Program-made: the position numbers and the translations under genes
Notes under the pieces: model-generated
Databases searched by the model: none
Seen by the model: only the letters and a program-made list of their open reading frames with translations
Told to the model about the DNA's origin: nothing
Shown here: positions 8,398 through 17,897 of the stretch, one piece after another
Layout: every line of letters starts with the position of its first letter
Position numbering within the stretch: position 1 is the first letter of the stretch
Source of the DNA: an uncultured Phycisphaerales bacterium
GTDB lineage: Bacteria > Planctomycetota > Phycisphaerae > Sedimentisphaerales > Anaerobacaceae
Direction of reading: 5' to 3'
DNA: 64,000 nt
Assembly (NCBI GenBank): GCA_963772725.1
Contig: CAVYYI010000001.1
Location: 1,120,001 to 1,184,000, forward strand

Positions 8398-9816
8398 ATG
8401 AATATTGATACAATAATCAGTGCCAAAAGTAATACCTGTGTGGTGCATTATAAGAAAATTCACGCGGAGGTAAATCTCTCTGCTCTTAATAAATTATTTG
8501 CGTCTCTGCCGTCGCCTTCAATTCTGGGAGGTAATGCTGCCAAAAAGGACGCGGGCAGATTCAGTTATTGGGCGGCGGGGCCGAAAGAAGTGTTTGAATT
8601 TCAGGCAAGTCAAAAGGAACCATTTGAAAAACTGCAGCGGGTACTGGATAAGTATAAGCTTGAAAATTCATACGATACCGATTTACCTGCTGGGATTTTT
8701 TGCGGCGGATGGATAGGATATTTCGGATATGAGCTTGGCAGGTATATTGAACAGATTCCTGAGACGGCGATTGATGATTTGAAGATGCCGCTGATTCGAC
8801 TGTGCTTTTATGATAGGGTGATTTGTTATGACCATATCGAGGAATGCTTTATTTTGACAGTTTTGCAACTCTCTGATGATATTGAACAACCGACCGTAAA
8901 ATTGTCTCACTTGGAGGAATTGCTGACAAAAGCGAAGAAAATATCGCCACAACAGCCTAATCCTGTTGATATTGAGAATATCGACTTTTCGCAAATTCAA
9001 TGCAATATGAACAAGGATTATTATCTTGACGCAATCGATAAAATCAGACGATATATTTATGATGGCGAGGTTTACCAGGTTAATTTTTCGCAGCGGTTTA
9101 AATACGATTGCAAGTCTTCGCCCATCGACCTCTACAACTGGCAAAACGCTTACAATCCGAGCGGATACGCGGCGTATATCGACAGCGGCGATTTTCAAAT
9201 CGTCAGCGCTTCGCCGGAAATGTTCATCACAATTCAGGATGGTATCATTCGCACAAAACCCATCAAAGGCACAAAGCCGAGAACCGCGGACGAAAATCTG
9301 AACAAAAAATACCTCGATGAACTTACTATCAGCGAAAAAGAGCAGGCTGAATTAAATATGATTATAGACCTTGAACGCAATGACCTCGGGCGAATCTGCG
9401 AATACGGCTCAATCAAGGTCGAGCAGCCGCGAACGATAGAAACTTACTCGACGGTTTTTCATGCAGTTGCGACTGTATGCGGGCAGCTTCGCAAGGAGAT
9501 AAAATTCTGCGATATTCTGAAGGCGATGTTTCCGGGCGGTTCGATTACTGGTGCCCCTAAGGTAAGCGCGATGAAAATCATAGACGAGACTGAACCTACC
9601 GCCAGAGGCATTTATACGGGCAGTATAGGTTTTATCGGCCTTGATGGAAATGTTTGCTTGAACATCGCTATACGAACGATTATCATCAAAGCCCAAAAGG
9701 CCTTTGCCCAGACCGGAGGCGGGATTGTTGCCGACTCCCAGCCGCAGGCCGAATGGGATGAAACGATTACCAAGGCAAGAGCTTTGCTCGCGGGAATCCG
9801 CGAGCGTCGTGCGTGA
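8398..9816 (+). CDS. pabB: Aminodeoxychorismate synthase component I
   Basis: GGWIGYFGYE, GEVYQVNFSQR, SASPEMF, TKPIKGT, MIIDLERNDLGR, FPGGSITGAPK, NIAIRT; followed by a pabC-like gene. Confidence 0.9.
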   Translation: MNIDTIISAKSNTCVVHYKKIHAEVNLSALNKLFASLPSPSILGGNAAKKDAGRFSYWAAGPKEVFEFQASQKEPFEKLQRVLDKYKLENSYDTDLPAGIFCGGWIGYFGYELGRYIEQIPETAIDDLKMPLIRLCFYDRVICYDHIEECFILTVLQLSDDIEQPTVKLSHLEELLTKAKKISPQQPNPVDIENIDFSQIQCNMNKDYYLDAIDKIRRYIYDGEVYQVNFSQRFKYDCKSSPIDLYNWQNAYNPSGYAAYIDSGDFQIVSASPEMFITIQDGIIRTKPIKGTKPRTADENLNKKYLDELTISEKEQAELNMIIDLERNDLGRICEYGSIKVEQPRTIETYSTVFHAVATVCGQLRKEIKFCDILKAMFPGGSITGAPKVSAMKIIDETEPTARGIYTGSIGFIGLDGNVCLNIAIRTIIIKAQKAFAQTGGGIVADSQPQAEWDETITKARALLAGIRERRA

Positions 9817-10250
9817 TGCGTAACGCGTATGAGAAAAGTTTTTGGTTAGGAGAATTGTTATGGAGAACAAGATAAAAACGTACAGAGATTTGGATATTTG
9901 GAAAACATCTATGGAATTGGTGAAAAATATCTATCATATTACAGATAAATTTCCTCACCAGGAGATGTACGGCTTAGTTAGCCAAATGAGGCGAGCCGCT
10001 GTATCTATTCCATCAAATGTTGCAGAGGGATTCAGAAGGTATCATAATAAAGAGTATCGTCAATTTCTTTATATATCTCTTGGAAGTTGCGCCGAACTTG
10101 AAACACAGGTTACTATAGCTCGAGAGTTAGGCTATTTAATTGCAGACGGTGAAACACAATTACTTGAAAAGCTTGACCACATTTGCCGAATGATCTCAAA
10201 CCTGATAAAGAAACTTTGACGCAATACGCACGACGCTATACGCAATACTA
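9803..10250 (+). mobile_element. Four-helix-bundle cassette bracketed by inverted heptamer arrays
   Basis: Left (gcgtNNN)x4 at 9804-9831, right (NNNacgc)x4 at 10216-10243; 12-bp perfect inverted match. Mobility is inferred. Confidence 0.6.
9860..10219 (+). CDS. Four helix bundle protein (23S rRNA IVP-like / TIGR02436 family)
   Basis: YRDLDIWK, FPHQEMYGLVSQMRRAAVSIPSNVAEG, FLYISLGSCAELETQ. Confidence 0.95.
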   Translation: MENKIKTYRDLDIWKTSMELVKNIYHITDKFPHQEMYGLVSQMRRAAVSIPSNVAEGFRRYHNKEYRQFLYISLGSCAELETQVTIARELGYLIADGETQLLEKLDHICRMISNLIKKL

Positions 10251-10253
10251 ATT

Positions 10254-11111
10254 ATGGAAAAAGTTTTTCTAAATAATGGGTTGGTAGAAACTGATAAAGC
10301 CTGCATAACCGCAGGGGACAGCGGGTTTTTGTACGGGGCGGGACTATTCGAAACGATGCGGAGTTATAACGGGGTTGTTTTTGCCCTCGATGAGCATATA
10401 GACAGGTTATTCTCAAGCGCTAAAGCTTTGGCGATTAATAATACATACGCTAAAAATTTTATTCACGACGCCGTCTATGAGACTCTAAAGGCAAACGAAC
10501 TCAAAGACGCACGCATTCGGCTAACATTGAGCAGCGGCCCAATGTCGGTGGATGAGCAACCAAAATCAACTCTGCTGATAACCGCGACGGTGATTCAGCC
10601 TTACCCGCAGGAATATTACCAAAACGGCGTTCTGGTCATCCTGTGCGATTTCAGGCAGAACCCTTCCGACCCGACCTGCGGACATAAAACGCTGAATTAT
10701 TTGCCGCGAATAATCGCCCTGAATGTCGCACGACAAAAACGAGCAGTTGAGGCGTTATGGTTCACGGTTGACGGCAGGCTTGCGGAAGGATGTATCAGCA
10801 ACGTTTTTCTGGTGAAAAATTCGGTGGTTTATACGCCGACACTCGCCACGCCTGTGCTGCCGGGAATCGCCAGAAAAATTGTTTTAGAGATTGCCTCAAA
10901 AAATTCAATCGAGTTAGCCGAAAAAGATTTAAGTATAGATGAATGTCTTGCCGCGGATGAGATTTTTCTGACTAATTCCATAATGCAGATTATGCCTGTC
11001 TGCCGTGTGGAAAAACATGACGTCGGTCAGGGTAAACCCGGGCCGATGACACAGCGACTAATAAAATATTTCGATGAGATTATTCTTGAAAAATGCGGGG
11101 TGAAAAAATGA
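10254..11111 (+). CDS. pabC: Class IV PLP aminotransferase / aminodeoxychorismate lyase
   Basis: GFLYGAGLFETMR, HKTLNY, EGCISNVF, LPGIAR, ADEIFLTNS; adjacent to pabB. Confidence 0.8.
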   Translation: MEKVFLNNGLVETDKACITAGDSGFLYGAGLFETMRSYNGVVFALDEHIDRLFSSAKALAINNTYAKNFIHDAVYETLKANELKDARIRLTLSSGPMSVDEQPKSTLLITATVIQPYPQEYYQNGVLVILCDFRQNPSDPTCGHKTLNYLPRIIALNVARQKRAVEALWFTVDGRLAEGCISNVFLVKNSVVYTPTLATPVLPGIARKIVLEIASKNSIELAEKDLSIDECLAADEIFLTNSIMQIMPVCRVEKHDVGQGKPGPMTQRLIKYFDEIILEKCGVKK

Positions 11112-12220
11112 AGATAAAAGATATTGCTGCGGCGGTAGAAAAAATATCGCCTCTGTCGCTGGCACAGGGCTGGGACAACGTCGGCCTGCTTATCGGGGAC
11201 GTGAAAAAAAATGTAAAGAATATTCTGCTTACCATCGACATAACGCAGGATGTTTTAGCTGAGGCAAAAAGGGCAAAAACGGATTTGATTCTGAGCTATC
11301 ATCCTATTATATGGGACGGCCTGAAAAAAATCACTTCCCATGGTGCGACAGGCGTGGTCTATGATTTAATACGCAGCGATATAGCGGTTTTTTCGATTCA
11401 TACGGCACTTGATTCAGCGATGGGCGGAGTAAATGACGGCCTCGCAAACATCGTCGGCATTATTAAAGGCGAGCCCATTGGAGATTATGTCAACAATCCT
11501 GTGAACGATAATTATAAGCTTGTTGTTTTTGTGCCTATTTCCGCAGTAGCTAAAGTTTCAAACGCCGTTTTCACCGCGGGGGCTGGGGCAATAGGAAATT
11601 ACAGCAACTGCGGATTTCAAGTTCAGGGGACAGGAACATTTCTGCCAGGACAAGGCGCAAAGCCGGCTATTGGAAAACGAGGGAAACTCGAAAAAGTTCC
11701 AGAAGTCAGATTTGAGACGATAGTACCGTCAGGGAAACTCAATGCGGTCGTTGAGGCGATGAAAAGTACGCATCCTTATGAAGAGCCGGCTTTTGACTGC
11801 ATTAAATTATATAACAATCAGAATAAATTCGGCCTGGGCAGAATAGGGGCATTGGAAAAGCCGGCGCCGTTAGGCAGAATAATTGAGCGAATCAAAAAAT
11901 ATACAGGCGCAAAAACATTCGGAATAATCGGCGATGAAAAACGGCAGGTAAAAACCGCCGCTGTTTGCGCCGGCGCCTGCGGGAATATTATCAATATGGT
12001 TATCGCCGCCAAGGCCGATTTATACCTGACCGGCGAACTGAAGCATCACCAGGCGCTTGCCGCACAGGAGGCGGGACTTACCTGTATATGCCTGAGTCAT
12101 ACCGTTTCCGAGAGATTCATATTAAAAAAATTCGCTGGACAGTTGCAAAAACTCGCAAAAGAGGCGACAATCAGGATAAGTAAAAAGGACGCAGACCCAT
12201 TTAAGTGGAAAAAAATATGA
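11108..12220 (+). CDS. Nif3-like dinuclear metal centre protein (YbgI/YqfO type with PII-like insert)
   Basis: WDNVGLLIG, SYHPII, HTALD, KLVVFVP, HPYEEPAFD, LYLTGELKHH. Confidence 0.93.
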   Translation: MKIKDIAAAVEKISPLSLAQGWDNVGLLIGDVKKNVKNILLTIDITQDVLAEAKRAKTDLILSYHPIIWDGLKKITSHGATGVVYDLIRSDIAVFSIHTALDSAMGGVNDGLANIVGIIKGEPIGDYVNNPVNDNYKLVVFVPISAVAKVSNAVFTAGAGAIGNYSNCGFQVQGTGTFLPGQGAKPAIGKRGKLEKVPEVRFETIVPSGKLNAVVEAMKSTHPYEEPAFDCIKLYNNQNKFGLGRIGALEKPAPLGRIIERIKKYTGAKTFGIIGDEKRQVKTAAVCAGACGNIINMVIAAKADLYLTGELKHHQALAAQEAGLTCICLSHTVSERFILKKFAGQLQKLAKEATIRISKKDADPFKWKKI

Positions 12221-13036
12221 TAGAAGATTACAAAGATTTAGCAAAGACCTCCGAATCACAGGATGATGTAACGGAACAGGCGGAAGAAAAAATTGAACAG
12301 GCTCAGGACTCCCCTGCCAATGAGTTAGATGAATCGGCTTTACAGAATGATGCTGATGAGCCGCTCGACAGGCTTGAGCATGAACAATCTGAAACCGCGG
12401 AACCATCGCAGCAAAATGAGCAGGCTGTCCCGGAGCAGAACGTTGATGTTACGGTTGAATCGGTGATTGAGGCAGTTTTGTTTGCCAGCGATGAGCCGCT
12501 TACCGCCGCCAGGCTTGCCAATATCGTTGACAGCGACGCGAGGCACGTTCGCCAGCACATCGATACCCTCAACGAAAAATATACCGCCAACAATAACGCT
12601 TTTCGCATTGAGCAGATTGCCGGCGGTTACCAGATGCTTACCCTAAGCCCGTACAATAACTGGCTGAAAAAGCTGCTCCGTGAGCGTGACGAAAGCAAGC
12701 TCAGCGCCGCCGCACTTGAGACACTCGCCATAATCGCGTACAAGACCAGTCATACGCGCTGATATCGAGGCAATAAGAGGTGTTGCCAGCGGTGAGGTTA
12801 TCCGCAGTCTGATGTATAAGGGACTTGTAAAGATTGTTGGAAGAGCGGAAGTACTCGGCAGACCTATGTTGTACGGAACAACCAAAAAGTTTCTTGAAAC
12901 TTTCGGCTTGAACACTTTGAAAGACCTGCCCAAAGTCGAGGAACTTAAAAAGGCAGCCCCGCAAGAAACGGAAAATCCGCCCGCAGAGCAAACCCCTACA
13001 CCTGCACCGGAGGATTCTCAAATCGCTGACTCTTAG
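12217..13036 (+). CDS. scpB: SMC-Scp complex subunit ScpB (frameshift near 12745)
   Basis: IEAVLFASDEPL, IAGGYQMLT, LSAAALETLAIIAYK then PVIRADIEAIRGV and GRPMLYGTTKKFLETFGL in the shifted frame. Confidence 0.9.
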
Positions 13037-13673
13037 GTTTCATTTTATTAAAACGCTGCTTGAATAAAAAGAATATTCCAGGCCCGAACGCCAGTGCCAT
13101 AATCACCGCCCCTGTTGTTATGCCGATAAACGTAACTCCCGGCGAGCAGCAGTCGTCCCTGCGTCTGACAATAATATGACTCGGCACAGCGACGAGCAAT
13201 TCAAGGATGCTGCCGCGAATCAGCCATGCCATAAAACGCCCGCCAACATCAACTGAAGTATTTTTACGTATATAATGGAATAATATTATCGACCAGATAA
13301 TCCAGCAGCACAGTAAAAAGATGATTGGTATTAACATGGTAAAATTGATGCCGTCATCTCCAAAAATCGCTACTATTACCGACCAGATTATTCCGAGAGC
13401 AATAACCGCGAAAAGCAAGGCCGTTGTAATAATGGGAATCCAGATTTTCCGCTGAGGTTTCAACTCATCGGTGTCGGCCTTAACCGGAAACAGCAGCAGA
13501 GACGCCTGTATTAAAAGCACAATAAAAACAAACAGCCAGAATTGCCAAAACTGATATGTCATAAAAGAAGCTGAAATGGAAACATCAAACGCCGCTATCT
13601 CAAGCAAAGGGACAAAAATCACCGCAACAAGAAAGATATAAAGCAGTGTCGTTACCAATGCCCATTTAGCCAT
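12996..13673 (-). CDS. Hypothetical multi-pass membrane protein
   Basis: 225 aa, about 6 TM segments, GSILELLVAVPSHIIVRRRDDCCSP motif. Confidence 0.75.
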   Translation of the reverse strand: MAKWALVTTLLYIFLVAVIFVPLLEIAAFDVSISASFMTYQFWQFWLFVFIVLLIQASLLLFPVKADTDELKPQRKIWIPIITTALLFAVIALGIIWSVIVAIFGDDGINFTMLIPIIFLLCCWIIWSIILFHYIRKNTSVDVGGRFMAWLIRGSILELLVAVPSHIIVRRRDDCCSPGVTFIGITTGAVIMALAFGPGIFFLFKQRFNKMKPKSQRFENPPVQV

Positions 13674-13736
13674 TTTAAGAATCCTTTCATTTTTATATGT
13701 TCAAGTTAAAAAATTGAACCAATTTTCCACTCTTTA

Positions 13737-13970
13737 TTAACGGCGAAAATGACTGATAAGCCACAAAATCAGGGTAAGAATTATCGAGATGAGGATTGAA
13801 CTGCCCAGCGGAAAATATACTCGCCAATTTTTTGAGCCAAATTCCATATCGCCCGGCAACTTGAACAGTCCGATTTTACCGAGCAGCATAATCAAAACGC
13901 CAAAAATAATTATCATTACGCCAAGCGTAATCAGCCATTTACCAAGTTGCTGAGGCCCAAACTCAGGCAT
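13737..13970 (-). CDS. DUF2905-family small membrane protein
   Basis: GKWLITLG...KLPGD...YFPLGSSILISIILT. Confidence 0.85.
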   Translation of the reverse strand: MPEFGPQQLGKWLITLGVMIIIFGVLIMLLGKIGLFKLPGDMEFGSKNWRVYFPLGSSILISIILTLILWLISHFRR

Positions 13971-14102
13971 ACTATCAAACCCTTCATTAACGCGAAAATC
14001 TATCACAAATCAGCTACATCATACCGAAATATCTGAACCGTTCAACCGCAAACCAGCATTTTACCGTTTTTCAATACCCGCGGCAAAATTCTCTAAAAAA
14101 AC

Positions 14103-14132
14103 TTGACCGCCTGCGGATTCGATGGCTATTAT
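14103..14132 (+). promoter_or_regulatory. Putative sigma70 promoter for the hemerythrin gene
   Basis: TTGACC-18-TATTAT upstream of 14172. Confidence 0.4.
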
Positions 14133-14171
14133 AAGGGAAAAATACAATAGATTTTTTTAAAGGGGGTTAAT

Positions 14172-14885
14172 ATGAATATGAACAGAAGAAAACTGCTCGT
14201 CGGCATCGGAACAGCAGGTACAGGGCTGATTCTAAGCGGCTGTTCCAATATAAACAAAACATTTACTTCAAAAGAACAAAATGCAAAAGAAGGTGAAGTT
14301 ACAGCTGTTGAAGACCTGATGCGTGAACATGGAATTTTGCGACGGATACTCTTTGTATATAGTGAAACCGCCAGCAAAATGCACAGTACGCCATCGAATC
14401 ATATTATTGATTCTCTTCACAAGGCAGCCAGACTCTTTCAGATATTTGGCGAAGATTATCATGAAAAAGCATTGGAAGAAGCATATATTTTCCCAGCGGT
14501 CAAAAAGGCTGGCGGCCATGCGGCAGGTTATCCTGATATTCTTGTCGCTCAGCATAGTCGCGGACGTGAAATAACAAACTATATTCTCACCGTAACCGAG
14601 ACAGGCGAATCCTATAATAGCGAGAAATTAGCCTCCGCGATGGAGTCTTTTGTGCGGATGTATCGGCCGCACGCAGCAAGAGAAGATACGGTTGTTTTCC
14701 CGGCGTGGAAAAGCACTTTCACAGCCGAGCAACTCGATAAAATGGGCGAAAAGTTCGAGGCAATAGAACATCAGCAATTCGGTGAGGATGGTTTTGAAAA
14801 CGCGGTAAGGCAAATTGAGGCCATTGAAAATGAGCTTGGCCTGGCCGACCTGTCGCAGTTCACCGCTCCGCCGGCAAAAACGTAA
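14172..14885 (+). CDS. Hemerythrin/HHE-domain protein with Tat/lipoprotein signal
   Basis: NRRKLL...LILSGC signal; LMREHGILRR, YHEKALEE, QHSRGR, HAAREDTVVFP. Confidence 0.85.
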   Translation: MNMNRRKLLVGIGTAGTGLILSGCSNINKTFTSKEQNAKEGEVTAVEDLMREHGILRRILFVYSETASKMHSTPSNHIIDSLHKAARLFQIFGEDYHEKALEEAYIFPAVKKAGGHAAGYPDILVAQHSRGREITNYILTVTETGESYNSEKLASAMESFVRMYRPHAAREDTVVFPAWKSTFTAEQLDKMGEKFEAIEHQQFGEDGFENAVRQIEAIENELGLADLSQFTAPPAKT

Positions 14886-14992
14886 TAAACCATTTGTGTG
14901 AACATGGGGCGTTTTTTCTTTACAAAGGACTGCGCCGCGGTTACAATTTATTCTGTTGACTGCGATAAGACCAGTGAGTACAAATACTAAAA

Positions 14993-15262
14993 ATGGCATG
15001 TAAAGTAATAATTAACGCTGAACGATGTAAAGGCTGCGGCTTATGTATCACAGTCTGCCCGAAAAAATGCATCGTTGTGTCGAAAAAAACAAATAAAAAC
15101 GGCTATTTCCCCGCCGAGGCAATCGGTTCGGATTGCATCGGGTGCACAGCATGCGCATTAATCTGTTCAGAGGCTATTATCGAGGTTTACCGCGACAGCG
15201 ATATAGCGGCAGTCAAATCTGCTAAAAATAATAAGGCGGTTTTAACAAAGGAAAAGTCGTGA
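14993..15262 (+). CDS. 2-oxoacid:ferredoxin oxidoreductase delta subunit (2x[4Fe-4S])
   Basis: CKGCGLCITVCP and CIGCTACALIC. Confidence 0.92.
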   Translation: MACKVIINAERCKGCGLCITVCPKKCIVVSKKTNKNGYFPAEAIGSDCIGCTACALICSEAIIEVYRDSDIAAVKSAKNNKAVLTKEKS

Positions 15263-16308
15263 GTGAAAGGATTCTAATGAGCGGCAATGAGGCCCTTGCA
15301 GAAGCGGCCATCGTCGCCGGTCTCAACGCATATTTCGGTTACCCAATTACACCACAAAACGAAATCACCGCCTATATGTCCAGGCGTATGGCAGAAGAAG
15401 GCAGGGTTTTCATACAGAGCGAAAGCGAACTTGCCGCGATAAATATGGTCTTCGGCGCCGCCGCAACGGGCAAACGCGCGATGACCAGTTCATCCAGCCC
15501 CGGTATCAGTCTTATGCAGGAAGGCCTCAGCTATCTTGCCGGCGCGGAACTGCCGTCCGTCGTTGTTAATGTTATGCGAGGCGGCCCGGGGTTAGGAAAC
15601 ATCGCCCCCTCACAGGGCGACTATTTTCAGGCCACACGTTCAGGCGGACACGGCGATTATCACACGATTACACTTGCCCCCGGCAGCGTTCAGGAAATGG
15701 TTGACCTTGTGCCGCTTGCCTTTGATCTGGCTGATGAATATCGAATGACGGTTCTGATACTGGCCGATGGAATTCTCGGCCAGATGATGGAGCCAGTTGT
15801 TATCGAAAAAAAAACAAGGCGTAAACTTCCGGCCAAAGACTGGGCGTTAACAGGCGCCTCCGGCAGGGCGCAAAATATAGTCCGTTCAATGTGGCTTGAT
15901 GACGGCGCGCTTGAAAATCTTAACTATAAGCTGCAGGCCAAATACAAACAGATTCGAGAAAAAGAAATACTCTGCGAACAATATAAGGTTGATGACGCCG
16001 ATATTGTGGTAGTTGCGTTCGGCATAGTAGCAAGAATCGCCCGCTCAGCCATAGATAGGGCAAGAAAACAGGGTATTAATGTCGGGATGATAAGACCGAT
16101 TACCCTCTGGCCTTTCCCCGCCGAACAAATCAGCAGGGCCGCCGAAGAGATGCGGATATTCCTGACAATTGAAATGAATTGCGGCCAGATGCTTGAAGAC
16201 GTTAAACTCGCAGTCTGCGGCAAATCGCCTGTGGTATTTCACGGCAGACCAGGCGGAGCGGTGCCAAGCATAGATGAAATCTTTGAACAAATACGGCAAT
16301 TGACTTGA
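15259..16308 (+). CDS. vorB: 2-oxoacid:ferredoxin oxidoreductase alpha subunit (VorB type)
   Basis: GNEALAEAA, GYPITPQNE, QSESELAA, MTSSSSPGISLMQE, RGGPGLGNI. Confidence 0.9.
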   Translation: MSERILMSGNEALAEAAIVAGLNAYFGYPITPQNEITAYMSRRMAEEGRVFIQSESELAAINMVFGAAATGKRAMTSSSSPGISLMQEGLSYLAGAELPSVVVNVMRGGPGLGNIAPSQGDYFQATRSGGHGDYHTITLAPGSVQEMVDLVPLAFDLADEYRMTVLILADGILGQMMEPVVIEKKTRRKLPAKDWALTGASGRAQNIVRSMWLDDGALENLNYKLQAKYKQIREKEILCEQYKVDDADIVVVAFGIVARIARSAIDRARKQGINVGMIRPITLWPFPAEQISRAAEEMRIFLTIEMNCGQMLEDVKLAVCGKSPVVFHGRPGGAVPSIDEIFEQIRQLT

Positions 16309-16383
16309 TTAGCCCCTGATTCACACGGAATTTTTTAGACACGGATTAACACAGATTAACACGGTTAAATAAAAAGATTAGAT

Positions 16384-16776
16384 ATGGAAGTATTAAAACA
16401 TAAAGAGTTATCTGAAAAAATTATTTCTGCGGCGTATGCGGTGCATAAATCTCTTGGATATGGTTTCGTTGAAAAGGTGTACGGTAATGCAATGGAGATT
16501 GAATTGCGTGAAAATGGCATAAAATGTAATGTTGAAGTTCCGCTCAAAGTGCTTTACCATAAGCAGGTGGTCGGTGATTACTTTGCGGATATGATTGTTG
16601 ACGATAAAATCATTGTTGAGATAAAAGCCGTAAACGAACTTTTGCCTATCCACGAGGTGCAATTGGTAAACTATCTGAAAGCAACCGGAATAAATGTTGG
16701 TTTACTGATAAATTTTGGTCAATCCGTCAAAATAAAACGCAGAATCTTTGGTTATGACACAGGAGAAAAAGACTAA
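16384..16776 (+). CDS. GxxExxY protein (PD-(D/E)XK-like)
   Basis: LGYGFVEKVY, ADMIVDDKIIVEIKA, QLVNYLKATG, GLLINFG. Confidence 0.95.
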   Translation: MEVLKHKELSEKIISAAYAVHKSLGYGFVEKVYGNAMEIELRENGIKCNVEVPLKVLYHKQVVGDYFADMIVDDKIIVEIKAVNELLPIHEVQLVNYLKATGINVGLLINFGQSVKIKRRIFGYDTGEKD

Positions 16777-16777
16777 A

Positions 16778-17818
16778 ATGGCTATAAGCGTGTCCTTTAA
16801 CGATGAAAATTTTGAACAGGTAATCTACAACAAAGAGGATGCCTTTGAACAACTGGTGGCTAAAAATGCTCAGACAATTTTCGGTGATAAAGTAATATAC
16901 ATCGACACAAAGAAAAAAGTAAACACTTCATCTTTAGGTGGAACGATACCTGATGGATTCCTGATAGACCTTTCAGATCCTGACGACCCCCAGTTTCACC
17001 TTGTCGAGGTCGAGCTTCAAAGTCACGATTTCTTCAAGCATATTTTCCCGCAGATTACAAAATTCTTCGCCTTCTATAGAGATTCAAAACAGCGACACAA
17101 GATGACAGAAACCATATTTGCGATTATCCAGAATGATACAGAGATTCTGTCAAAAATCAGAAATTTAATCAGCCATAAGGAAATTTACAAATTGCTAAAA
17201 GACATAATCGACAATAGCCAAAACATTCTAATCCTTATTGATGGCTCAAAACCGGAGTTTGAAGAAATAATAGACATCTATACCGATACTTGGGGGAGGA
17301 TGGTTAAAGTCCAAATAGTAAACCACTTCAAGAATGGCGAGAATAATATTTTGACTGTTGAGCCTCCGTTTGCAAACCTTCAGCTTGGAGACGCTATTCC
17401 CCCGTCTCTTAAAAAAGAAGATGAAAAGCACTCACAATACACCGAGGAATTTCATCTGGGATATTGCAAGGAAAACGCAAAAAATGTTTATAGCAAGATT
17501 AAGCAAGGTTTTTTAAAAATTAAAAGCGAGATTAAATTCAATCCCACCAAATCTTATATTGGTGTTTATATCGGCAAGCAATTTGCTTATATTCAGTGCT
17601 ATAAAAAGAAAATAAAACTAATTGTTTTCCTACTCGAAAGTGAAGTCAGAAAAATAATACATTCACAAAATCACATTATAAAAAGTCATAGCGATTCTGC
17701 GCAAAGATTTTGGGGTGGAGGTAATAATCCTAATTGTTCTGTCGAAATATACGATACCGAGCATTTTGAAGAAATAGAAACTTTATTACAAAAGGTGGTT
17801 GAGAATAATGAAGAATAG
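16778..17818 (+). CDS. Putative PD-(D/E)XK nuclease-domain protein with DUF5655-like C-terminus
   Basis: IPDGFLID...LVEVEL catalytic-like pattern; YTEEFHL...TKSYIG C-terminal pattern; AT-rich. Confidence 0.6.
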   Translation: MAISVSFNDENFEQVIYNKEDAFEQLVAKNAQTIFGDKVIYIDTKKKVNTSSLGGTIPDGFLIDLSDPDDPQFHLVEVELQSHDFFKHIFPQITKFFAFYRDSKQRHKMTETIFAIIQNDTEILSKIRNLISHKEIYKLLKDIIDNSQNILILIDGSKPEFEEIIDIYTDTWGRMVKVQIVNHFKNGENNILTVEPPFANLQLGDAIPPSLKKEDEKHSQYTEEFHLGYCKENAKNVYSKIKQGFLKIKSEIKFNPTKSYIGVYIGKQFAYIQCYKKKIKLIVFLLESEVRKIIHSQNHIIKSHSDSAQRFWGGGNNPNCSVEIYDTEHFEEIETLLQKVVENNEE

Positions 17819-17897
17819 TGATATACAGTGTTAATCTGTGTAAATCCGTGTTAATCCGTGTCTAAAAAGACTGTGTTAATCTGTGTAAAAAAAAATT

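Larger units (their letters stand above)
16311..17886 (+). mobile_element. GxxExxY + nuclease-like cassette bracketed by inverted 10-bp-period arrays
   Basis: 21-bp perfect inverted pair tttttagacacggattaacac (16332-16352) / gtgttaatccgtgtctaaaaa (17848-17868); splits the alpha-beta genes. Mobility is inferred. Confidence 0.65.

Noticed and set aside
9860..10219. Diversity-generating retroelement (Avd-like fold)
   Set aside because: No reverse transcriptase or TR/VR pair in the window
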